Under the pieces are notes generated by a model. That model made no database searches. It saw only the letters and a list, made by a program, of their open reading frames with translations, and was not told the origin of the DNA. Of a stretch of 64,000 nucleotides of DNA, positions 50,870 to 61,020 are shown piece by piece (position 1 is the stretch's first letter; each line of letters opens with the position of its first letter). The position numbers were made by a program, and so were the translations under genes. The stretch covers positions 155,436,001 to 155,500,000 of the forward strand of contig NC_086097.1 in NCBI RefSeq assembly GCF_963921235.1, read 5' to 3'. The DNA comes from Mobula hypostoma (taxonomy: Eukaryota).

Positions 50870-53800
50870 CGCAGTACGCTCTGCCTGTGTAGTGCCCTGA
50901 AAGGCAATGCCCCTAGTCATGTGCTTGACTGGTCAGTGAACAGACCCAAGCATTCGATGACACCAAATGAACTCTTTGCAAGGCTGCCCTCCCAGCACAA
51001 CCGCTCCCCAACACACAAATTGCCATTGCTACCAACACTTCAGACCATGCTGTGGGTGCTATGCACAAACAGTTGGTCAATGGCATGTGGCAGCCGCTCG
51101 CCTTTGTCCCCCCGCCACCTCCACTGCCGAAAGGAATTATTTGACCAGATGCTGTCAGTCTCTATCTGGCTGTCCGCCATTTTAATTTGATTCTAGAGGG
51201 TTGCCATTTCACAGGTTCGTTGACCACGAGACCCTGCTGGCCAAAATATCAGATCCTGGCCTACATATCAGAGTTCATAATTGACATACAACACATTAGC
51301 ATCATCTCACAGACAGCCATGTCAATGTGGAGCTGGTTGGTCCTCTTCCCCCCCATCCCCCACCCCCCGTGGTTTCACACACCTTTTTACCACGGTGGAA
51401 CTTACCACCAGTTGGCCAGAGATCATTCCTCTAGCATCAGCAATGGCCAGAGATATAGCTCAGGCATTCATTATTACCTTGGTTGTTCGGTTTGGCACCC
51501 AACTGACATTTCCTCTGATCACGGCTCCCAATTCATACCAGATGTCTGGCGTTAGGCTACATCACTCCATGACATATCATCCACAGTCAAACGTGACAGG
51601 AAATTCTGTGGTCATGTACAGAATACCCGAATGGTATGTTACCTCCCAGGTACCAGGCTCAGGGACATCTCAGACTGTGTCTACAGCATTTTAGAGGGGG
51701 AAAGAGAGCAGCCAGATGTCTTGCTACATATTGGTACCAATAACATAGGGAGGAAAAGCAAAGGGTTCCTGAATAGAGGATTTGGAGAGGCAAGAAGCAG
51801 GACCCCCAGGTTAGTAATTTCTGGATTGTTACCTGTGCCACGCGTCAGCGAGGGCAGAAACAGAATGATTTGGCAGATAAATGCATGGCTGTGAAGCTGA
51901 TTCAGGGGGCAGGGCTTCAGGTTCTCAGATCGTTGGGATCTCTTCTGGGGGAGGTGTGAACTGTACAAAAGTGATGGGTTACACCTGAATCCGAGAGGGA
52001 CCAATATTCTCACGGGCAAGTTTGTTAGGGTTGTTGGGGAGGGTTTGAACTAATTTGGCAAGGAGGTTGGAACTGGAGTGGATGGTAAAAAAGCAAAGAT
52101 AGCATGCAGTCAGACTGTCAGATAGGGCAGGCAGATGATTGGACAAAACTGCAGCCAGCCGGTTGAGTATCAGTTCACTGGGGATGCAGAATCAAAAAGG
52201 GTGGCAAATCCAGTGCTCAAAGTGATATATCTCAATGCATGAAATAAGGTGGATGATCTTGTTGCGCTATTACAGAGTGTCAGGTATGATGCTGTGGGCA
52301 TGACTGAATCGTGGCTGAAGGATGGTTGTAGTTGGGAGCTGAATGTCCAATGTTACACGCTGTTTTGGAGGGATAAGACGGTCAACAGAGAAGGTGGCGT
52401 GGCTCTTCTGGTAAAGAATGACATCAAATCAGTAGGAGGATGTGACACAGGATCGGAAGATGTTGAATCCTCGTGGGTTGAGTTAAGAAACTGCAAGGGT
52501 AGAAGAACCCTGATGGCAGTTATATACGGGCCTCCCACCAGTAACTGGGATGTGGACCACAGTAGAGTAGAGCTACTAGGACTTGATGTTTCAGTCCCTA
52601 TGGTAAGTTGGCACTCTCGATGTTGGCAGTGGGTTTGGAGTGGTGACAAGGAGGGAGGGTAGGTATGTCATCGGGGTCATAGTGATCCAGGTGCTTGACA
52701 AAGAGAGCAAGCTGGGTCTTCTCCCACCACTGGTCCAGATTACAAATGGAAATAGAAAAAGTGTTAAAAGCGAAATGTTATGACAGTCATGGGAAATTTT
52801 AACATGCAGGTGAATTGGGAAAAATACTGTAGGGTGGTAAAGAATCGCAAGAGAGTGAGTTTGTTGAATGCCTACGAAATAGCTTTTTGAAGGAGTTTGC
52901 CATTAAGCCTGCTAGGGGATCAGTTATACTGTACTGGATGTTATGTATTGAACTGGAGGCATTTAGGGATTTTAAGGTAAAAGAACCCTGAGGAGAAGTG
53001 ATCACAATGTGATTGAGTTAAACTTGAAATCTGATAGGAAGAATGTAAAGTCTGACACAGCAGTATTTCAGTGGAGTAAAGGAAATGACAGTGGTATGAG
53101 AGAGGAGTTGGCCCAAGTAAATTAGACAGAGAGGCTGGCAGGGATGATAGCAGAGCAGCAATGACATGAGTTTCTGGAAGAAATGAGGAAAGTGCAGGAT
53201 AGATGTATTCCAAATATGAAGAAATACAGATGGCAAAATAGTACAAACATGGCTGACAAGGGAAATTAAAGCTAATGCAGAAGCAATATAGAGAAGGCAT
53301 ATAACAAAGCAAAAATTAGCAGAGAGATAGAGTATTGGGAAGCTATTAAAAACCTACAGAACAACTAAAAGAATCATTAGGAGGGAAAAGATAAAATATG
53401 AAAGCAAGTTAGCAAGCAATATCAAAGTGGATAATAAATGCTATTTCAAGTATGTAAAAAAAAGCTGAGAATGGACATAGAACCACTAGAAATTGAGGTT
53501 TGAGGAACGATGGAGGACAAGGAGATGGTAGTAGATGAACTAAATAAGTATTTTGCATCAGTGTTCACTGTGGAAACACTCACAGTGTGCCAGATGTTGA
53601 AGGGTGTGAGGTAAGAGAAGTGAATGCAGTCACTATTACAAGGGAGAAGGTGCTCAAAAAGCTGGAAGACTGATGGGTACATATACCACCTGGACCAGAT
53701 GAACTGCACCCTAGGGTTCTGAAAGAGGTAGCAATGGAGATTGTGGAGGCATTAGTAATGATCTTTCAAAATTATTGGACTCTGGCATGGTGCTAGAGGA

Positions 53801-55530
53801 CTGGAGAAGAGCAAATGTCACTCCAATCTTTAAGAAAGGAGGAAGGCAGCAGAATGGAAATTACAGACTAGTTAGCCTGACCTCAGTGGTTGGGAAGATG
53901 TTGGAGTCAATTGTTAAGGATGAAGTTATGGAGTACTTGGTGACACAGGATGATAGGACAAAGTCAGCATGATTTCTTTTAGGGAAAATCTTGCCTGACG
54001 AACCTGTTGGAATTCTATAAGGAGATTGCAAGTAGGATAGATAAGAGGGATGTAGTGGATGTTGTATATTTGGACTTTCAGAAGTCTCTTGACAAAGTGC
54101 CACCCATGGGGCTGCTTACCAAGTTAAGAGCCTATGTAATTACAGGAAAGTTATCAGCATTGGCTGATTGTTAGGAGGCAACAAGTGGAAATAAAAGGAT
54201 CCTTTTCTGGTTGGCTGCCAGTGACTAGTGCTGTTCTGCAGGGGTCAGTGTTGGGACCGCTTCTTTTTATGCTGCATATCAATGATTTAGATGATGGAAT
54301 AGATGGCTTTATTGCCAAGTTTGCAGATGATACGAAGATTGGTGGAGGGGCAGGTAGTGTTGAGAAAACAAGTAGGCTGCAGAAGGATTTGGACAGATTA
54401 GGAGAATGGGCAAGGGACTGGCAAATGATAGTTGGTAGTGAGGAAGGCAAATGCAATGTTAGCATTTATTTCAAGAAATCTAGAATACAAAAGCAGGGAT
54501 ATAATGCTGAGGCTTTATAAGGCACTGCTGAGGCCTCAGTTTGTGTATTATGAACAGTTTTGGGCTCTTAATTGAAGAAAAGATGTGCCGGCTTTGGAGA
54601 GGGTTCAGAGGAGGTTCACAAGAATGATTCCAGGGATGAAAGGGTTATCATACAAGGAAAGTTTGATGGCTCTGGGTTTTTTTTTCACTGGAACTTAGAA
54701 GGACGAGGGGGATCGTACTGAAACCTTTCAAATGGTGAAAGGTCTGGACAGAATAGATGTGGAAGGGATGGTGGGGGAGTCTAGGACAAGAGGGCAAAGC
54801 CTTAGGGTAGAGGGGCATCCGTTTAAAACTGAGAAGGGGAGAATTTTTTTTAGCCACTCTGTTACCACGGACAGCTGTAGAGGCCAGGTCGTTGGGTATA
54901 TTGAAGGCAGAGATTGATAGGTTCTTGATTGGACACAACATTAAAGGTTACAGGAAGAAGGCCAGGGAGTGGGGCTGAGGAGGACGGAAAAGGATCAGCC
55001 AAGATTGAATGGCAGAGCAGACTCGATGGGCCAAATGGCCTAATTTGGCTCCTATGTCTTGTGGTCTTATGGTGAGTGGTTTCACCACTCCTTAAAGGCT
55101 GCTGGAGGGCTTCCCTGAGGATTTAAGCGATGGCATGATCACCTCCCCTGGGTGTTGCTGGGGTTCATGGCTCCAAAAGATTACCTGCAGTCGTCTATGG
55201 CTCAGTTCATATATGGACAGCCATTACAAGTGCCAGGTGATTTTATTTGTGATACCACACCTGTCTGGTCAGCGTCTCAACAGTGTTCCTCCTCAGTAAA
55301 GTCTATTTCTTTACACCTATTCCTACCTCCCATGATGACTTGGGTTCTTGTTAACCAACACTCTGTCTCATTTGTTTTCATCTGCCATGATGCACGCCAA
55401 CATCCCCTTAGACCCATTGACAATGGTCCATTCTGCATTTTGGAATGGAGAGAAAAGACTTTTTATCTTAGATAGGAGGGGTAAACCTGAATGTACTTCA
55501 GTAGATAGTCTTAAACTGGCCCAGTGAGAG
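50870..55530 (+). mobile_element. Degenerate Gypsy RNaseH/integrase remnant (50870-51590 plus 55071-55530) split by CR1
   Basis: ISSDHGSQF, HHSMTYHPQSN before the CR1; resumes after it with FHHSLKAA, HLPWVLLG. Confidence 0.75.
51591..55070 (+). mobile_element. CR1 LINE (SGNH ORF1 C-terminus plus degraded ORF2)
   Basis: LPGTRLRD, HIGTNN, ISGLLPVP; GMTESWL, NYRLVSLTS, AKFADD; CR1 3' UTR. Confidence 0.9.
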
Positions 55531-55639
55531 TTGGAGGTTTCTGCTACCATGCTCTTGGCATCACAACATGACCATAAATATATCAACATACCTCAGGAGA
55601 AGCCAGAGTCACCTATCATTACTCCATGCAAAGTGCGTG

Positions 55640-56100
55640 AATGCTTGTATTGCCCTAGGTGCAGGCAGGACATGGAGCTGCTTGTGCACTGCTGCAACAC
55701 TTGCGTGTCTCAGAAGGGGCCAGGCCACTAGTCAAGGGTGCTAATGCAGCAGTAATTGGCGGGGGCCCAATGGAGCTTGTAGGAGTGGAGATCCTAGGCC
55801 CCTTCCCCCGCACTGATGCCAGGAACTGCTACGTGCTCGTGCCTATGGATTACTTTATAAAGTGGGCAGAGGTGAAAGTGGTCCCGGATCAGAGCACTAC
55901 CACCACCACTCAGAGACTTGTGGAGGAAATCTTCTGCCATTTCAGCACCCCTAAGTAACTCCACAATGACCAGGGCACAACTTTGAGGCACAGCTGTTTG
56001 GCAAGGTCTGCAGGTGGCTGGGAATCACCAAAATACAGACCATCCCCCTTCACCTGTAAAGTGATGGGTTGGTGTAGCATTTTAACTGCAGCCCGGCTAT
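55640..56100 (+). mobile_element. Gypsy integrase fragment
   Basis: GVEILGPFP...YVLVPMDYFIKWAE...DQS. Confidence 0.75.
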
Positions 56101-58120
56101 GCTGCTAATGTGCTTGTCGCAATAAAAACTGCAGTTGAGATAAACAAGCTTTTCATGTCTGTCTTTGTGGACTGAATGCTCACTGCAATACAATAGATTC
56201 AATGATAAACTACACACACAGACTGACATACAACCGATGTGCAAAAGAAGACAAACTACAAGTACAACATAAATATAATAATAAATAAATTAGTAAATAA
56301 ATAACATTGAGTACATGGGTTGTACTGTCTTTGAAAGTGAGCTCAAATGTTGTTTTCAGTGATCTGTTTGGTTTTAAAGTAAGTGAAATTATCTACGCTC
56401 GTTCAGGAGCCTGATGGTAGCAGGGTAATAACTGTCCCTGAATAGGACAGGCAGCATCTATAAAAATGAATAAACATCAATGTTCTGGGCCAAGAGGGAA
56501 AGAAAGGGGATCACAAGAGAATAAAAAGGAGGGGACAAGGGTAAGGAGGACAATTTCATGTAAGTTCTGTTTGGGAGTTTTATAACAGCAGTTCAAAGAT
56601 GTTCTTGAGTCTGTACTTGTATTCTCGAGCTTTTATATCTTTTGTTCAACAGAAGGGAGGGAAGAATGAATGATCAGGGTGGGAGCACACTCTGATCATA
56701 TCAGTGGCTTTCAGGTCCTGTGGGTTAGTAGATTAGATGGTCGCTGAAAATTGCCGGTCATGGATAGGCATTGGGTAGAATCTCTGTGGGAGTTAAGGTG
56801 AATCTGTCGTGAGTACCACACTCAGAATGCTGGAAAAACTCAGCAAGTCAGGCAGCATCTATGAAAGAAAATGAACAGTTGATGTTTTGGGCTAAGACCC
56901 TTCATCAGGACTGGAAAGGAAGGAGGTGTGGAGTAAAAGCCAAAATGAAGCTGAGGGAGGGGAAGGAGTACAAGCTGATAAGTGAACCAGGTGAGGGGAA
57001 GGTTGGTGGTTTGGGGAAGGGATTTGATGTACGAAGCTTGGAGATCATAGGTGAAAGAGTCTCTTAAATGTCCCTACTGTTTCTACCTCTCCCACCGCAC
57101 CTGGCAGTGTGTTCCATGCACTCACCACTCTCTATGTCAAAAATCCTTCCTGATATCCATCCTATATTTTCTGCTGATCACCTTAAAATTATGTCTCCTC
57201 ATATTAGCTCTGGGTGTTAATATTTTATGATCCACTCTATCTCCCTTTGTAACTTTGAGTCTTTAATTTTCTTGCATTTAGAAAATATTCTGAGCCTTTA
57301 CTCCTTTGACCAAATTGCATGACCATACACTTCCCTACACTAAATTTCATCTGCCATTTTTTTGCCCATTCTCATCTAAGTCTTCTGCAGACTCTGTGCT
57401 TCCTCATTACTACCTACTCCTCCACCTATCTTTGTGTCATCATCTGCAAGCTTGCCACAAAGCTATCAAATTCGTCATCCAAATCGATGACATACAATGT
57501 GAAAAGAAGCGGTCCCACTACTGACCCCTGTGGAACACAACTAGTCACTAGCAGCCAAACAGAATAGGCCACGTTAATTCCCACTCTTTGCCTCACATTA
57601 CTCAGGCAATCTTCTGTCCATCTACTGATACCATGGGCTCTCATCTCCTTAAGCAGCTGCATATGTGGCACTTTCTCAATGGATCCTTGTAAATCCAAGT
57701 AAATAACATCCACCGACTCTCCTTTGTCTGCCCTGGTCCATTTGACTGAGCCACCTCAGACCTCTCAGTTTCCCCAAGTACTTTCTTCTTAGTAATATCA
57801 ACTACGCTCACTTCAGCCATAGTTTTCTCCACCTATCTGCATAGCCCTGCCCTCTATTCTAGGCAGCATCTGAGCAAATCTCTTCTGCACCTTCTCTAAA
57901 CGTTTCCACATCCTCCCTATAAAAAAGTACCAAGACTGTCAGTGGGATAGAAGTAGTCCTTGAGCCTGGTGGTATGTGTTTTCAAGCTTTTTTATTTTGA
58001 TAGGCGAGGGGAAACACACGCACGTCTGAGGAAAGGGTGGTCTTTGAGTATACTGTATGTTTCGATTATACATGTAATAAATAAATCTGAATCTGAATCT
58101 TTAGACAGGCTGCTCTCTCT

Positions 58121-58291
58121 GGTCACCAGTCAGAGATTATCTTGGAGAAGTGCACTGATTGCAGCTTTACCATCGTCTTTAACGAGAGGAAGAAGAACCT
58201 GGAACTAGTGGCCAACAGCACCAAGGAGGCCCAGCACAGCACTAATGGCCTTATTAAACTCAAGAACAGAAACTCCAGCATGAAACAGAGA
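58121..58291 (+). pseudogene. PLC-delta-family PH exon, tandem partial duplicate
   Basis: GHQSE...DCSFTIVFNERKKNLELVANSTKEAQHSTNGLIKLKNRNSSMKQR; conserved PH Trp lost; exon end and donor deleted. Confidence 0.85.
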
Positions 58292-58535
58292 GCGCGGTCC
58301 TTTGCTAAGTGTGTCAGAATAAAATGTTAATGTTTTGGCCTGAGACACTTCATCAGGACTCATCCTAATTCCTGAAGAACATTACTGGCTTGAAACGTTG
58401 ACTCTTTATTCCTCTCCATCCATGCTGCCTGACCTGTTCAGTCCCTCCAGCATTTTTTGTGTGTTAACATGGATTTCCTGCTTTTCTTCTGTTTTTCTCT
58501 TGTATTTATTCATCTGAAACCGAATACCTTGTTCT

Positions 58536-58569
58536 GTCCTGACGAAGGGTCTCGGCCTGAAACGTCGAC
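58536..58569 (+). ncRNA. Minimal hammerhead ribozyme motif in a Penelope-type repeat
   Basis: gtc-CTGACGA-agggtctcggcct-GAAACGTC-gac, same core as 6492-6519. Confidence 0.65.
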
Positions 58570-58682
58570 TGTACCTCTTCCTATAGATGCTGCCTGGCCT
58601 GCTGCGTTCACCAGCAACTTTGATGTGTGTTGTCTGAAATCTTTTGCTGTTTTTCCCACCCAACCCACCTGACTTCCCTCAG

Positions 58683-58894
58683 TCTTGATCAGTGACATCC
58701 AGGAGCTGAGGGCAGGTCACCAGTCAGAGGCTTAGGAAACCCACTGATTGCAACTTCACCATCGTCTTCAAGGGGAGGAAGAAGAACCTGGAACTAGTGG
58801 CCAATAGCGCCAAGGAGGCCCAGCACTGGATCAATGGCCTTATCAAACTCAAGAACAGAAACTCCAGCATGAAGCAGAGGAAGCAGCTGGAGCA
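58683..58894 (+). pseudogene. PLC-delta-family PH-domain exon, frameshifted
   Basis: ttccctcag| then LISDIQELRAGHQSE / LRKPTDCNFTIVFKGRKKNLELVANSAKEAQHWINGLIKLKNRNSSMKQRKQLEH, matching PLCD1 FSIEDIQEVRMGH...AQHWVLGL...SMDQRQKLQH; frameshift near 58730; donor TTATCCTTT. Confidence 0.9.
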
Positions 58895-60152
58895 TTATCC
58901 TTTGATAAGTGTGCCAGGAAAGAAGCATGTCATTTCACCCATTGTCTTCTCTGACAGTGGCCTCCAAGCTCAGCCCCCTGAAGGGGTCAAAGGCAGCAAG
59001 CATGTATCCTGCCTCTGAAGTACATAAACCCAAAAGTATAGGAGCACAGAATCGGAATCAGGTTTATTGTCACTGACATAAACCTTGAAGTTTGTTTTGC
59101 ATGAGGAAATACAACTTTAAGCCGAGACCCTTCATCAGGACTCTCTACTTCTAGTAATTGTTCCCCCTCCCCTCTTCCCTTCTTCAATTCACCACTCAGG
59201 CCTCTTCCCACTTCTCCTCATCTGCCTGTCATCTCCCCTGATGCCCCACCTCTTTCCCTTTTTCCCATGGTCCACTGTCCTCTCCTAACAGATTCCTTCA
59301 TCTCCTTCCCTTCACCTCTTCCAGCTTTTTCTTTCTTCCTCACCTCTTCAGCTACCAAACTTCCTCCTCATCTGGTCTCACCTCATACTACTTCCATTCC
59401 CCATACCTTCTTATTCTGGCTTCTTCATCCCTTCCTTTCCTGTCCCGATGAAGGATCTCAATCTGAACCACCAACTGTTTATTTCCCTCCATGAATGTTG
59501 CCTGACCTGCTGAGTTCCTGCAGCATTTTCTGTGTGTTGCTCCACGGACTATAAGTATATAAGATATAGGAATAAATTACACCATTCAGTCCATCATGGC
59601 TGATTTAGTATCCTTCTTAACTGCATTCTCTTCATAACCTTTAAGTCCCTTACTAAGCAAGAATCTATCTACTTCTGTTTTATATATAACTAATGACTTG
59701 CCCTCCACAGCTATGTGTCGCAATGAATTTCATAATGTAACTACCCGCTGACTAAAGAAACCTCAACTCCTGTAGATAAATCTCCTGCAATTGTTAGGCT
59801 TTGCCCTCTGGTTCCAGACTCACACCCTATAGAAAGCATCTTTACATCCACTGCATCTAGGCTTTTCAATATTTGATAGGTTTCAATGGGATTTCTCTCC
59901 CACCCCTCGCTACCTCAATCTCCAGCAAGCACAGGTCCAGAGTCATCAAATGTTCTTTATGCATTAATGCCTCCTTTCCCGGGATTGTTTCTGTGAGCCA
60001 TCACTGGACTTCTCTAATGCCAGCACACCCTTTCTTGTAAGGGGGCCCAACACTCTCATGTAAAGTGGTTAAATCGGTTGAACTGTTCGCACTTAAGTGA
60101 AGCCAGCACAGAGACAGTGGCAGTACAATTTCCTCTTATCTTTCATCATTGG

Positions 60153-60362
60153 CTGGGTGGTAGCATAGTGGCATCAGCGCCAGACTTCAGAATGAGGGCT
60201 CCTGAGTTCGAATCCAGCCGGCTCCCTTGCACGCTTTCCATCCGTGCCGGGTTGAGCGTCGAGCTAGCAACTCGGCCTCATAAAAATAAGAAAGCCTGCA
60301 AAAAAAAAGTCGTCATGACGGTGTCCCGATTACTCCACTCGGAGTTAAGGGCTTAAAAATAA
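60153..60362 (+). mobile_element. tRNA-derived SINE with 15-bp TSD
   Basis: A box tggtagcatagtgg, B box gagttcgaatcc, A-rich end; TSD atctttcatc(a/t)ttgg at 60138-60152 and 60363-60377. Confidence 0.8.
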
Positions 60363-60396
60363 ATCTTTCATCTTTGGTCCCTGCTTCTACCCTCAG

Positions 60397-60613
60397 AAAT
60401 GTGACAAGTTGAAGAATGGAACCATCCATGGCACAGTAACGAAGGAGTTTTACAACCTGCACGAGATCACCATTATCTTTGAAAACTACAGCAGCAAAGA
60501 GCAGCTAATGCATGTGGAGAAGCTTAGGAAATTCCTGTGGAAGGAACAAAGGGAGAATGTGATGCGGGAGTGTTCATCAAAGATCATCGATATGTATGAA
60601 GAGAACGAGGAAG
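60397..60613 (+). pseudogene. PLC-delta/zeta-family second EF-hand exon, open frame with intact splice sites
   Basis: cctcag|KCDKLKNGTI...EFYNLHEITIIFENYS...LRKFLWKEQRE...KIIDMYEENEE g|gtgag; aligns to PLCD1 ECDHSQTDSL...FLQHQQRE...LIERYEPSE; phase 0 to phase 1. Confidence 0.85.
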
Positions 60614-60702
60614 GTGAGCCACATCCATCAACTCGAAGTTATGCTGTCAACACTTTGGGGATGTTTTATCACATGACCTGTCACCTCAGAACACAGAACA
60701 TA

Positions 60703-61020
60703 TACTCAGTGACCACTTTATTAGATACCTCTAATATCTAATGAAGTAACAACAGAGTGTATGTTCATGGTTTTCTGCTACTGTAAGATATCCACTTCAT
60801 GGTTCAATGTGTTGTGCATTCAGAGATGCTCTTCTGCATACCACTGTTTTAACACAGTTATTTCTGTTGCCTTCCAGTCAGCTCGAACTACACTCGCTAT
60901 TCTCCTCTAACCTTTCTCATTAACAAGGCATTTCCACCCGCAGAACTGCTGCTCACTGGAATTTTCTTTGTTTTTTTCACCATGACCTGTAAACTCCTGA
61001 AACTGTAGTGCGTGAAAATT
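60703..61020 (-). mobile_element. Non-autonomous Tc1-like fragment
   Basis: Terminal motif tactcagtgaccactttattagatacc; body is related to the reverse complement of about 830-1000. Confidence 0.55.

Noticed and set aside
60153..60230. tRNA gene
   Set aside because: A and B boxes are present but I see no full cloverleaf; body, A-rich end and TSD indicate a SINE
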